From Gammaproteobacteria bacterium (GTDB taxonomy: Bacteria > Pseudomonadota > Gammaproteobacteria > Pseudomonadales > Pseudohongiellaceae), in NCBI GenBank assembly GCA_024644515.1, contig JAHEHN010000021.1, positions 8,338-72,337 on the forward strand: a stretch of 64,000 nucleotides of DNA, in the 5' to 3' direction. Position numbers and translations under genes: made by a program. The notes under the pieces are model-generated. The model saw only the letters and a program-made list of their open reading frames with translations. It searched no databases and was not told the origin of the DNA. Shown piece after piece: positions 35,630 to 46,975 of this stretch; the stretch's first letter is position 1; every line of letters starts with the position of its first letter.

Positions 35630-37003
35630 TTAAAAAAACGTCAACCCGACCTGGAATAAGCGCTCCAGTTCGGAAATTCGTTTTTTATCAACCAGGAACA
35701 TAATTACATGGTCATCGGTTTCAATAACAATATCATCATGGGCAATAAAGACCTTATTGTCCCTGACGATTGCACCAATAGTAGTTCCTTCGGGCAAATC
35801 GATATCTTCAATTTGCTTGCCCACTACTTTTGAGGTGTGTTTATCTCCATGGGCGATAGCCTCCATGGCTTCAGCAGCGCCACGGCGCAGGGAATAAACA
35901 TTCACCACATCGCCTCTGCGGACATGGGTCAACAGGCTACCTATGGTGGCCTGTTGAGGAGAAATCGCAATATCAATTTCACCACTCTGAATTAGGTCCA
36001 CGTAGGCCGGGTTGGCAATTAATGTCATAACGCGACCTGCCCCCATGCGCTTGGCCAGCAGAGAGGACATGATGTTGGCATCATCGTTATTGGTCAGTGC
36101 CAGGAAGATATCGGTATCCTCAATATTTTCTCCAACCAGCATTTCCATATCCGAGGCATCGCCATGCAGGACGGTGGTGGATTTGAGCTTTTCGGTCAGG
36201 TCCTTGCAACGCTCGTAATTCGTTTCAATTACTTTGACCCGATAGCTTTTTTCCAGCAGCGCCGCCAGACGTTCGCCGATATTCCCGCCCCCGGCAATCA
36301 TGATTTTCTTGTAAGGCTTGTCCACCCGTCTCAGTTCGCTCATCACATCACGAATATTTTCCCGTGCTGCAATAAAGAAAACCTCGTCGCCTTCCTCGAT
36401 CACCGTATCACCAGCTGGAATAATAGGGCGGTTGCGGCGAAAAATAGCTGCTACCCGGGTATCTACATTGGGCATATGCTCGCGCAGGGCTGAGATTTCC
36501 TGATTTATCAGAAGGCCACCCTGAGTAGCCTTTACACCAACCAGTTGCACCAAGCCATCTGAAAAATCCAGTACCTGCAGGGCTCCGGGAAGATCTATCA
36601 ACTTCTGGATGTATAGAGAAACCTCCTGTTCTGGGCTGATTACTACGTCGATGGGGATGGCTTCCGTGCTGAAAAGTTTGGGTTCAGCCACATAGGAATT
36701 GGAACGCAAGCGGCAAATCTTTTTAGGTGTGCGAAACAGGGAATAGGCAATCTGGCAGGCTATCAAATTCACTTCATCACTGTCGGTAATTGCGATGAGC
36801 ATATCGGCATCGCGAGCTCCGGCACTATCAAGCACCTCCGGATAAGATACCTGGCCTTCGACAGTGGCGATATCGAGACGGTCTTTTAATTCCCTGAGTT
36901 TGACCGAACTGGGATCAACGACAGTAATGTCATTGGCTTCCTTGGCAAGGTTTTCGGCCAGCGCTGCTCCTACCTTATTGGCGCCAAGTATTATTATTTT
37001 CAT
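35630..37003 (-). CDS. trkA: Trk system potassium uptake protein TrkA
   Basis: 457 aa with tandem RCK/NAD-binding domains ([12 protein letters not shown]..., [10 protein letters not shown]...). Confidence 0.96.
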   Translation of the reverse strand: MKIIILGANKVGAALAENLAKEANDITVVDPSSVKLRELKDRLDIATVEGQVSYPEVLDSAGARDADMLIAITDSDEVNLIACQIAYSLFRTPKKICRLRSNSYVAEPKLFSTEAIPIDVVISPEQEVSLYIQKLIDLPGALQVLDFSDGLVQLVGVKATQGGLLINQEISALREHMPNVDTRVAAIFRRNRPIIPAGDTVIEEGDEVFFIAARENIRDVMSELRRVDKPYKKIMIAGGGNIGERLAALLEKSYRVKVIETNYERCKDLTEKLKSTTVLHGDASDMEMLVGENIEDTDIFLALTNNDDANIMSSLLAKRMGAGRVMTLIANPAYVDLIQSGEIDIAISPQQATIGSLLTHVRRGDVVNVYSLRRGAAEAMEAIAHGDKHTSKVVGKQIEDIDLPEGTTIGAIVRDNKVFIAHDDIVIETDDHVIMFLVDKKRISELERLFQVGLTFF

Positions 37004-37109
37004 GAGTGGCGAAAGCTCCTGCCGACTTCAGATGAGTGATCTGAATGATTATAGACAATTAGCACAAATGGCTGAAATGACCTTATGCACAATGAAGGGG
37101 CGCAATTGT

Positions 37110-38414
37110 TCAATATTTTTCGAGTAAAGCATAGTAAAAACCGTCGAGCTTATCGGTTCCGGGTAAAAACTGCATACCATACTGGCAATTGTTCGCCTGC
37201 TGGTTGTCCAGCGCAACGGGTCTGGCGTTATCTGTTCTGGCAATAAAGGCCTCTATATTGAGTTCATTTTCCTTGCGCAAGACTGAGCAGGTGGAATAAA
37301 GTAATTTTCCTCCCCTTTTCAGGCATGGCCACAGGGTATCCAGTAATTGCCGCTGAATTTCCAGTAGCCGTGCAATATCCGTCTCCTGGCGCAACAACTT
37401 GATATCCGGATGGCGACGAATGACTCCGGTACCAGAGCAGGGGGCATCAAGCAGGATGGAATCAAAAGGTTTGCCATCCCACCAGCTATTGGTATCAATA
37501 GCATCTGCACAAATGACTGTAGCCTCAAGCTTCAGACGCTCCAGGTTTTCCTTGACGCGCTGCAAACGTTGCTCACTGTTGTCCAGAGCGATCAACTCAA
37601 GATTGCCTGACTGATATTCAAGTAGCGCACAGGTTTTCCCGCCTGGCGCAGCACAGGCATCAAGCACTCTGGAGCCAGCTGCAGGCGCCAGCAGGGAGGC
37701 TGACATCTGTGAGGCTTCATCCTGAACGCTGACCATGCCATCGAAAAAGCCGGGTAACTCGCTTACATCGACCGGACTTTCAAGAATAAGGGATGTTTTA
37801 CTGTGCTTACCGGTGCTGGCAGCAATACCGGCTTGCTGTAAAAGCTCCAAGTAATCTTGCCTGCTGGTAGCGCCAGTATTTACTCGCAATGTCATTGGGG
37901 CCTGCTGATTATTCTGATCCAATACAAGCTCAAACGAATCTGGCCAGTCTTTTTGCAAGGCATTAATTAGCCAGCGCGGGTGAGAGTAACGCGCGCTGGT
38001 GTCATCCTGTATTGCCAACTCCAGCGAGCCTTCTTCGCGTTGCGCCCGGCGTAATACGGCATTAACCAGTTTGCTGGCCCAGTTTTTCTTTAACAAACGT
38101 GTCAGCGAGACAGTTTCGTTAATAGCAGCATGAGCAGGGGTTCGCATAAAATTGAGCTGGTATAGCCCCAGCAAAATCAGGCAATAAATATCACTGTCCT
38201 TTTTACGCAGAGGTTTATCCATCATCGACTCCGCGATGAAATCCAGGCGCTGATACCAGCGGCACACGCCATAGGTATATTCTCGAATTAATGGCAGGTT
38301 TGCGGACGGGTTTTCGCGCGCCAGGGTCATTAGCAGAGAGGACAGGGAACCCTGTTGAGAAAGGAGTGATTTCAAGACCTTTGTTGCAAGTAAGCGGTTA
38401 CTTATAGTGCTCAC
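37110..38414 (-). CDS. rsmB: 16S rRNA (cytosine967-C5)-methyltransferase
   Basis: 434 aa with a NusB-like N-domain and the SAM methyltransferase motifs DACAAPGGKT and DAPCSGTGV. Overlaps fmt by 4 nt. Confidence 0.95.
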   Translation of the reverse strand: MSTISNRLLATKVLKSLLSQQGSLSSLLMTLARENPSANLPLIREYTYGVCRWYQRLDFIAESMMDKPLRKKDSDIYCLILLGLYQLNFMRTPAHAAINETVSLTRLLKKNWASKLVNAVLRRAQREEGSLELAIQDDTSARYSHPRWLINALQKDWPDSFELVLDQNNQQAPMTLRVNTGATSRQDYLELLQQAGIAASTGKHSKTSLILESPVDVSELPGFFDGMVSVQDEASQMSASLLAPAAGSRVLDACAAPGGKTCALLEYQSGNLELIALDNSEQRLQRVKENLERLKLEATVICADAIDTNSWWDGKPFDSILLDAPCSGTGVIRRHPDIKLLRQETDIARLLEIQRQLLDTLWPCLKRGGKLLYSTCSVLRKENELNIEAFIARTDNARPVALDNQQANNCQYGMQFLPGTDKLDGFYYALLEKY

Positions 38415-39382
38415 TTTGTACGCTCACTGGCATTATTTCCCGCCAGACTTTCTCCGCATTGAAAAAGATCCGGATGTCCATTAAATAGATCCTTAATTGC
38501 GGTTGGCCCTTTGCCCGGGAACTGAACTGTTTCGACCTGCAGCACGCCTTCCCCACAGACGACACGAATATTGTCATGAGCTTTTTCTATGATGGTGCCA
38601 GCGGTAGCGCCATTGGTGGTGTTGAGGCTCTTTGCCTGAATAATCCGTAATCGATCATTTTGATAATGACACCAGGCCGGTGAGCGTGGATAAAACGCCT
38701 GTACCTGATGTGCTATGGATAGGGCTGAATGCTGCCAATCAATGAAGGCTTCATCCTTGCTGAGCTTTTTTGCATAGGTCGCCAGAGAGTTATCCTGTTG
38801 CCGGCCATTTGCCTGGTATGTAACCAGGTCGCCAAGCACTGTCGACAAACCTTGCTGGCCAAGGCTGAGTAATCGGCTGGTCAGGGTTTCAGCATTGTCC
38901 CGATCACTAATCGGAGTATCCAGTTGCATTAATACAGGGCCAGTATCCAGCCCTTGTTCCATTTGCATAATTGAAACACCGGTAGTGCTGTCTCCCGCAA
39001 GAATGGCTCTTTCGATGGGTGCCGCACCACGCCAGCGTGGTAATAACGAAGCATGAACGTTAATACAGCCAAAGCGTGGGATTTGTAATATTTCTTCACT
39101 GAGGATCTGCCCGAAAGCCACTACTACCATGACATCGGGGGCCAGGTCGGCCAGCCGGGCTGCTTCATCATCCAGGTTTTCCGGTTGCAGGACCTGAATA
39201 TTATTGTCTATGGCGACTTGCTTGACCGGCGTTGCTTGCAAATGTTTGCCGCGTCCAACGCGTCGGTCCGGCTGACTGTAAGCAGCAATTACCTTGAACC
39301 CCTTTTGTATCAGGTCATGCAGATGACCAGCAGCAAAATCGGGAGTACCGGCGAAAACTATACGCAGGGACTTATCTGTCAT
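38411..39382 (-). CDS. fmt: Methionyl-tRNA formyltransferase
   Basis: 323 aa with RIVFAGTPDFA and the motif NVHASLLPRWRGAAPI. Confidence 0.97.
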   Translation of the reverse strand: MTDKSLRIVFAGTPDFAAGHLHDLIQKGFKVIAAYSQPDRRVGRGKHLQATPVKQVAIDNNIQVLQPENLDDEAARLADLAPDVMVVVAFGQILSEEILQIPRFGCINVHASLLPRWRGAAPIERAILAGDSTTGVSIMQMEQGLDTGPVLMQLDTPISDRDNAETLTSRLLSLGQQGLSTVLGDLVTYQANGRQQDNSLATYAKKLSKDEAFIDWQHSALSIAHQVQAFYPRSPAWCHYQNDRLRIIQAKSLNTTNGATAGTIIEKAHDNIRVVCGEGVLQVETVQFPGKGPTAIKDLFNGHPDLFQCGESLAGNNASERTK

Positions 39383-39400
39383 GGTGCATATGCCAGGGGA

Positions 39401-39922
39401 TCAGGCCGGGGTGGGTGATTTTTGCTGGCGATGTTCTTTCTCCAGCTTGGACTTTATGCGCTGGCGTTTCAGGGCGGACAGGTAATCCACAAAAAGTTTG
39501 CCATCAAGGTGGTCAATCTCATGTTGAATACAAACAGCCAGGATACCCTCAGCCTCAATTTCAAAAGGGTCACCATTTCTGTCCAGAGCTTTAATCAACA
39601 CTTTTCGATGCCTGGTGACCATTTCGTAATATCCGGGCACTGACAGGCAGCCCTCTTCATAGCCCATGGGCTCAGGATCCAGCACAGTAATTTCCGGATT
39701 GACGAAAATCATCGGCTCGGCGTGGTCTTCAGAAATATCCATAACCAGCATGCGTTTGTGGACATTGACCTGGGTTGCCGCAAGGCCAATACCCTCTGCG
39801 TCATACATGGTTTCAATCATGTTATCGAGAATTTCCCGAATTGAATCATCAACAACTGCAACAGGTGCCGCCACTTTACGCAGTCGTGGGTCAGGAAATT
39901 CCAGTATCGTCATCAGGCTCAT
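39401..39922 (-). CDS. def: Peptide deformylase
   Basis: 173 aa with motifs [13 protein letters not shown] and QHEIDHLDG. Confidence 0.98.
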   Translation of the reverse strand: MSLMTILEFPDPRLRKVAAPVAVVDDSIREILDNMIETMYDAEGIGLAATQVNVHKRMLVMDISEDHAEPMIFVNPEITVLDPEPMGYEEGCLSVPGYYEMVTRHRKVLIKALDRNGDPFEIEAEGILAVCIQHEIDHLDGKLFVDYLSALKRQRIKSKLEKEHRQQKSPTPA

Positions 39923-40227
39923 AATAGATAAACTGCAGATTAATAATTAAGTATGATTTGAGCAAAACAGGCCAAAATATTAGTTAACCATTGGCCTTGG
40001 CGGTAGCAATGATACGCGATTATGACTAAAAATTTTATATCTGTGTTGCACTCTTCTTTGGTAATAATCCTCTTTATGGGGCTGAAAGCACAGAATGAAA
40101 GTCCTATCTACGTCACAATTTACCTAAAATAACCTTGCTAACTGTATAAAATCTCGAAACTTATTGTTACTATTGCCCCAATTATTATAGCTTGCCGGCC
40201 TGTTTAGTCTGCCTGACGAGGATAACC

Positions 40228-41331
40228 ATGACTAACTCCCTGAAAAAGTTTCTCCCGGTTTTTTTGCTTTTACAAGCCGTGTCTTTTATGGCGTTTTCTG
40301 CCGACCAGGTTTAGATTCGTGATGATGCGCCTGATCGCTATGAGGTCGTTCTGGGAGATACCTTGTGGGATATTTCGGGAAGATTTCTGGAAGATCCCTG
40401 GCTCTGGCCCGAAGTGTGGGAGCTTAACCCGCAGATTGAAAATCCTCATCTAATTTATCCAGGCGACGTGATTGCCCTTGTTTACTCAGCAGATGGCCCG
40501 ATGCTTACGTTGACACGGGGTGGCGGTGAAACTTCTGGCCTGCGCACCATCAGGCTATCTCCTCAGGTGAGAAGACAGCCTATGAATGGTGCTGTCCCTG
40601 CAATTCCTCTGGATCAAATCAGTTCATTTCTCAAAGGCACGATCATCGTTTCAGAAACAGAGCTGGAAAACGCACCCTATTTACTGGGTAACAGATCAGG
40701 CACTCTGTTGACGGATAATAACGAAGAGGTTTTTGCCAAGGGTATCTGGGACGATGACATTAATGAATACAATATAGTCAGAAGCGGGCAAATATATACA
40801 GACCCTGAAACTGGCGAGATAGTTGGGCTGGAAGGGAAGCATATCGGCACGGCCACCATCGTAAAGAGGGAAGGCAATAATGCCACCTTGTTGACTGCCA
40901 ATATAGAAGAAGAAGTCAGAAAAGGGGATCGTTTTATTGCCAGTTCTGGCAGCAGAATTGATTCCAATTATTTTCCGCGTCTACCTTCCTCCAGTATAGA
41001 AGGCAGTATTATCGATATTAGTTCTGGTCGCACGGTAGGCAACCTTTATGACACCATTGTCATTAATCGTGGTAGCAGAAACAGATTAAGGGTAGGCAAT
41101 CTGCTGGCCTTACAGAAACCGGATATCGAGATTGAAGACGACATTGGCAAAGCCACTCTTGGCCAGCAGGTAAAACAGTCTCTTGGCTTTGGGAATGACA
41201 ATATTGAAACCTTCAGTGGCGAAAAGTACGCAACAGTACTAATCTACAGAGTATTCGAAGGCGCCAGTCTGGGTATTATTCTTAGCGCAGAACAGGCGGT
41301 TCGGCTGGAAGATAGAGTCGTTACTCCCTGA
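40228..41331 (+). pseudogene. LysM-domain periplasmic protein (TsaP-like) interrupted by an in-frame TAG
   Basis: ATG 40228 encodes a signal peptide, MTNSLKKFLPVFLLLQAVSFMAFS/ADQV. A TAG follows at 40312-40314, and the same frame continues IRDDAPDRYEVVLGDTLWDISGRF...PGDVIAL (LysM) into the track ORF 40363-41331. The position between def and dprA matches the TsaP locus of Pseudomonas and Neisseria (recalled from memory). Confidence 0.75.
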
Positions 41332-41408
41332 ACCAAACAATGGTCATGGAAGATCAGCTTGAGACCTGACTGAAGTACCTGCGGCTGGTCTGAAACATAC
41401 AATTACGA

Positions 41409-42581
41409 TTGGTTACCACGGAAGGCATCCCAATCTCTTATCCCAACCATCATTTCAAGGCCTTGCTCCCATGGCTAAAAATAAGCCATGTCGGTGGCAT
41501 GCACTCGCGGCTGTTTAACCGCTTGCTAACATTACATTCAACTCCGGAAAATATTCTTGCCTGTGATTTTCAGAGCTTAAGAAGTGCCGGGCTGGACAAT
41601 AAGATGGCCCTGGAAATTAGCGAAATTGGCAGGGGCAGGCAGTCAGCTGAAATGAACGCGGCGTTGGACCGATGCCTTGACTGGTTAACGTCCCCGGACA
41701 ATTTTCTGATTACCTGCCAGTCTCCTCATTATCCTTCATTGCTAAGCTGTATCCCTGATCCGCCGCCAATACTGTATCTGAGAGGCAAGCCTGAGTGCCT
41801 GCACTTGCCTCTGATAGCAATGGTGGGTAGCAGGAAACCAAGTGCAGGCGGAAGGCGGGATGCGCAGCGTTTTGCAAGAGAGCTGGCAGCCAATGGACTG
41901 GGTGTTGTAAGTGGCCTGGCGATGGGAATTGATTTGGAAAGTCACAGGGGTGCCATAGCAGGAGGAATGGCAACGATTGCCGTATTGGGTACCGGCATAG
42001 ATATTATTTATCCAGCTGCAAATCGGGACATGTTTGCCTCGGTGGTAGCGCATGGTGCTCTGTTAAGTGAGTTTAATCCCGGGACGCCGGCACGTCCGCA
42101 ACATTTTCCTCAACGTGCTCGCATAATCAGCGGGTTAAGTCAGGGCGTTCTGGTGGTAGAAGCCGGAGTTAGAAGTGGTTCGATGATTACTGCTCGCTTT
42201 GCCCTTGAACAGGGCAGAGAGGTATTTGCCATTCCTGGTTCTATTCATAACCCGATGGCACGCGGGTGTCATAAACTGATTGCTGATGGTGCCAAGTTGG
42301 TTCAATGCGTCGAGGATATACTTGATGAAAAATTACTGCTGTCAGAACAGCAAACTGCAGAGAACATTGGGGCAGCTGTGAGCCAGGAAGGCGGATCGTC
42401 TCAGCTACCTGAGGCTTTGCTAAAAGTAAAACAGGCTGTTGGCTTTGATACGGCTTCTGTTGAACAGATAATTATTGAAACACAATTGAATGCCAGGGAT
42501 GTGACGGTGGCGCTGATGGAACTTGAGCTTAGAGGCCTGATACGCAAAGAAAATAATGGCTACTTATTAATGGAATGTTGA
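41409..42581 (+). CDS. dprA: DNA processing protein DprA (Smf)
   Basis: 390 aa with the Rossmann-like DprA core (VVSGLAMGID...GTGIDIIYPAAN...VVVEAGVRSGSMITA) and a C-terminal winged-helix region. TTG start, uncertain. Confidence 0.93.
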   Translation: MVTTEGIPISYPNHHFKALLPWLKISHVGGMHSRLFNRLLTLHSTPENILACDFQSLRSAGLDNKMALEISEIGRGRQSAEMNAALDRCLDWLTSPDNFLITCQSPHYPSLLSCIPDPPPILYLRGKPECLHLPLIAMVGSRKPSAGGRRDAQRFARELAANGLGVVSGLAMGIDLESHRGAIAGGMATIAVLGTGIDIIYPAANRDMFASVVAHGALLSEFNPGTPARPQHFPQRARIISGLSQGVLVVEAGVRSGSMITARFALEQGREVFAIPGSIHNPMARGCHKLIADGAKLVQCVEDILDEKLLLSEQQTAENIGAAVSQEGGSSQLPEALLKVKQAVGFDTASVEQIIIETQLNARDVTVALMELELRGLIRKENNGYLLMEC

Positions 42582-42842
42582 TTATGCGCTACTATGAAAA
42601 AGTGCGAGAATGCGCGCTAGAAATTGAGCGTTAGAAACTAATGGACAGTGTTCCTGATAATTTTTGCCTGCCTGATTTAACCGGTTCAGTGAGGCTTAAA
42701 TGATCGGCAATAAAAAGAAACTAATACGGGTATTTATTCGCAAGTATGATTTTGATCAAAGGCAGAAGTTTTTGATTAATGGACAATTGGGCCGTTAATA
42801 AAAAAATAATGTTTTGAATAAATTAAGCAGTAAATGGAGTAG

Positions 42843-43757
<915 letters not shown>

Positions 43758-43848
43758 CTTTCAGTTTTCTTGCCGGCTATGTAAGGTCAGCAGGTAGCGG
43801 GGGTATACTCCCTATTCACGATAATATTCAAAGCAAGAGGATGATTAT

Positions 43849-44703
43849 TTGGATCGCTATGTTGTTATAGGCAACCCGGTCAGTCACAGTAAATCGCCCC
43901 TGATTCATTCCCAATTTGCCCTGCAAACAGGACAGGCAGTTCAATATGACGCCTTGCTGGCAGAGCAGGGTAAGTTTCCTCAGTGTGTCACAGACTTTTT
44001 TGCTGAAGGTGGCAAAGGCGCAAATGTTACTGTGCCATTTAAACTGGAGGCATTTGATCTGTCGGAGCATTTGTCAACAGAGGCACAGAGAGCAGGTGCA
44101 GTGAACACGCTTTATCTCAATAGCAGGCAAGAGTTGTGTGGTCATAACACCGATGGCCTGGGCCTGGTCACCGATCTTGTCGATAATTACCACGGGGTAT
44201 TGTCTGGTAAACGCCTGCTTGTACTTGGCGCAGGTGGCGCTACTCGGGGAATATTGCAGCCACTGCTTGACCAGCAACCGAAAGAGATCTGCATTGCCAA
44301 CAGAACAGTCGCCAAGGCAGAAGCACTGGCAGATTATTTTTCCAGGCTATCCACGCTGGATGAAGTAAGCAGTAAAAGCACGCTCAGTATTTCCGGATGT
44401 GGTTTCAGCGATCTCGACAGCAGCCCTTTTGACTGGATTATCAATGCAACCTCAGCCAGCCTGCAGGGTGAAATGCCGGCCTTGCCGGCAGGTCTGGTGA
44501 ATGCCGATACCTGGTGCTATGACCTGATGTATGCCAGCGGACTTACACCTTTTGGTGTCTGGGCCCAGGCCGCAGGTGCCGCTAAAGTCATGGATGGTCT
44601 GGGGATGCTGGTAGAACAGGCCGCGGAATCATTTGAGCTATGGCGAGGCGTCAGACCAAAAACACAGGAAGTGATTGCGATGTTGAGAAAGTCAGCAAGT
44701 TAA
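43849..44703 (+). CDS. aroE: Shikimate dehydrogenase
   Basis: 284 aa starting (M)DRYVVIGNPVSHSKSPLIH, with the NADP motif LGAGGATRG. TTG start 8 nt after AAGAGG. Confidence 0.95.
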   Translation: MDRYVVIGNPVSHSKSPLIHSQFALQTGQAVQYDALLAEQGKFPQCVTDFFAEGGKGANVTVPFKLEAFDLSEHLSTEAQRAGAVNTLYLNSRQELCGHNTDGLGLVTDLVDNYHGVLSGKRLLVLGAGGATRGILQPLLDQQPKEICIANRTVAKAEALADYFSRLSTLDEVSSKSTLSISGCGFSDLDSSPFDWIINATSASLQGEMPALPAGLVNADTWCYDLMYASGLTPFGVWAQAAGAAKVMDGLGMLVEQAAESFELWRGVRPKTQEVIAMLRKSAS

Positions 44704-44751
44704 ATCACAGGCCAAGGCCTTAGCATTTTAAATCTGCATATCGACTGGATT

Positions 44752-45297
44752 TTATTTCAGTACTTCAGATGAATTGTGGTGCAGGTCTTTCAGTTTTACA
44801 TAATGTTTAGCGCTGTAAAGCAGAAAGTCGATTTCTTCCTGGCGTAAATCGCGCACGCGTTGGGCCGGGGAGCCAACATAGAGTCCGCCACTGGTCAGCG
44901 TCTTGCCGGGAGAAACCACACTGCCGCCACCAAGAATGATATCTGATTCTATAACCGCCCCGTCCATAACGATTGCCCCCATCCCGATCAACACCCGATC
45001 CTGAATTTTACAGCCATGAAGAACTGCCTTATGGCCTATCGTCACATCGCTGCCGATACTAAGCGGGAAGCCATCAGGGCCGAATGATTCGGCAGAGGTA
45101 CAGTGTAAAACCGAGCCGTCCTGAATATTGGTGCGATCCCCAATACGGATACTGTGTACGTCACCGCGAATGACAGTAAGTGGCCAGACCGAAGAGTCGA
45201 CCCCGAGCACAACATTGCCAATCACGACAGCACTGTTATCGATATAAGCCCGGTCACCAATTTTCGGATTGAATTCCATGTAACTTCGTACTGTCAT
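44752..45297 (-). CDS. Gamma-class carbonic anhydrase family / hexapeptide-repeat protein (YrdA-like)
   Basis: The likely start is ATG 45297 (MTVRSYMEFNPKIGDRAYID...). Contains the left-handed beta-helix sequence VIRGDVHSIRIGDRTNIQDGSVLH and closely resembles E. coli YrdA as I recall it. Confidence 0.9.
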   Translation of the reverse strand: MTVRSYMEFNPKIGDRAYIDNSAVVIGNVVLGVDSSVWPLTVIRGDVHSIRIGDRTNIQDGSVLHCTSAESFGPDGFPLSIGSDVTIGHKAVLHGCKIQDRVLIGMGAIVMDGAVIESDIILGGGSVVSPGKTLTSGGLYVGSPAQRVRDLRQEEIDFLLYSAKHYVKLKDLHHNSSEVLK

Positions 45298-45517
45298 TGG
45301 ATTTTCCTGAAGAATGAGCAATAGTTTCCTGCGAACCGATTATTTTCCAATTTTCAACTTTAAACAAGGGAAGCTGGTTGGTAAAAGCAAAAAAATTGCT
45401 GGTATAATGCGCGCCCCTTAACAAAGCAGCTGTACTTGCGATTAGGGGTGTTCATAGCCCGGTGTAGCCTGCTTTTTTTCCGCCGGGAAAGCATCCATTC
45501 AGGCACAACGCGGAAAC

Positions 45518-45877
45518 TTGGAAAGCATGCAGGGCATTGACATGAACGTGATGATCTTTTGGGTGTGCGTTGCCGTAGGTATAGTTGTCTATGGGGCTAT
45601 TATCTGGTCACTGGTCGCATACAGAAAGACCAAAAAACAGGAAGCCTCTTTTCACAAAAGCACTGCAGCCGAGATTGCCTGGACCGTTATACCGCTTCTG
45701 ATCATCATTGCCATGATGATTCCAGCGGCAAAACTGCTGATTCGTCTGTATCAGAGTGATACCGGTGAAACCGAGGGCAGGCTGGAACAGACCGGCGGTT
45801 CCCCGCTGGTTTTTGAAAATCAAAGTCAGCACGTTCTAATTGCAGATATATCGGCTAATTGCAGACACACAGGTTAA
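45518..45877 (+). pseudogene. coxB: Remnant of cytochrome c oxidase subunit II (transmembrane domain only)
   Basis: Two TM helices carry the COX2-TM signature ...MIFWVCVAVGIVVYGAIIW...FHKSTAAEIAWTVIPLLIIIAMMIPAAKLLIRLY. No cupredoxin/CuA domain follows in any frame I read, and the ORF ends after an unrelated tail of about 40 aa. Directly upstream of ctaA-ctaB-sco1. Confidence 0.55.
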
Positions 45878-45922
45878 TTCAGGAAATACAGTACAGTTAA
45901 GTCAGCCTTCACGCTGAAGTTT

Positions 45923-46954
45923 ATGAGAAATCTAATGAAAAGCGAAAAACCATCCTATTCACTGGTTCTATTTGCCACCTTTTTTGCGGTGGTGGTTGTA
46001 ATACTTGGCGCCTGGACCCGGCTGGAAGATGCCGGCCTGGGATGCCCTGATTGGCCGGGATGTTACGGATTTATAACGGTACCGGAAACGGCTAAGGAAA
46101 TTGCCCAGGCAGAAGCCGCGTATCCTGACGCCCCGTTTGAAGCGGAAAAGGCCTGGCCGGAAGTAATTCATCGCTATTTTGCCGGTACTCTGGGCTTACT
46201 CATTGTCATCATTAATGTGATCGCCTGGAAAAACCGGAATATCCCGGGCCAGCCTTTCAAATTGCCTCTTTTTCTATTGTTCATGGTCATTGCCCAGGGG
46301 CTTTTCGGTATGTGGACCGTCACCTTAAAACTGTGGCCACAAGTGGTAACGACCCATTTGCTGGGTGGCTTCACCACGCTGAGTCTGCTTTGGCTGCTAA
46401 GTTTGCGACTCAATAACCGCCCCTGGCAACAACACAATATTCCGATACGGCAATGGACAAGTCTCAAGCCACTGGCCATAACGGCACTGGTTTTGCTGGT
46501 TTTTCAGATTTTCCTGGGCGGTTGGACCAGCTCTAATTATGCTGCGTTGGCCTGTCCTGACCTGCCTACCTGTCAGGGCCGTTGGTGGCCGCCAATGGAT
46601 TTTGGTAATGGATTTAATATCACACAGGAAATTGGTCCCAACTATCTTGGCGGCCAAATGGATGGCGAGGCGAGAGTCGCTATCCATATGGTGCATCGCA
46701 TCGGCGCGATACTGGTAACCCTGGTTTTAGGTTTTCTTGTATTCAAGCTATTCAAGAATGCAGGTGGTAGTGAAATGAAAAGACTTGCTTCCGTGCTGCT
46801 GGGGCTTCTGATACTTCAAGTGAGCCTTGGTATCAGCAATATTGTTTTTGCGCTGCCTTTATGGGTTGCGGTTGCACACAATGCCGGGGGTGCTTTACTA
46901 TTGCTCACCCTTGTCACCCTCAATTACCGATTAAATAAAGCGTCCACGTTTTAG
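45923..46954 (+). CDS. ctaA: Heme A synthase (COX15/CtaA)
   Basis: 343-aa polytopic protein with the motif GCPDWPGCYG and conserved His-bearing helices (VIHRYFAG, HMVHRIGA). Confidence 0.92.
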   Translation: MRNLMKSEKPSYSLVLFATFFAVVVVILGAWTRLEDAGLGCPDWPGCYGFITVPETAKEIAQAEAAYPDAPFEAEKAWPEVIHRYFAGTLGLLIVIINVIAWKNRNIPGQPFKLPLFLLFMVIAQGLFGMWTVTLKLWPQVVTTHLLGGFTTLSLLWLLSLRLNNRPWQQHNIPIRQWTSLKPLAITALVLLVFQIFLGGWTSSNYAALACPDLPTCQGRWWPPMDFGNGFNITQEIGPNYLGGQMDGEARVAIHMVHRIGAILVTLVLGFLVFKLFKNAGGSEMKRLASVLLGLLILQVSLGISNIVFALPLWVAVAHNAGGALLLLTLVTLNYRLNKASTF

Positions 46955-46975
46955 ACCATGAGTTAAGCCTAGATA

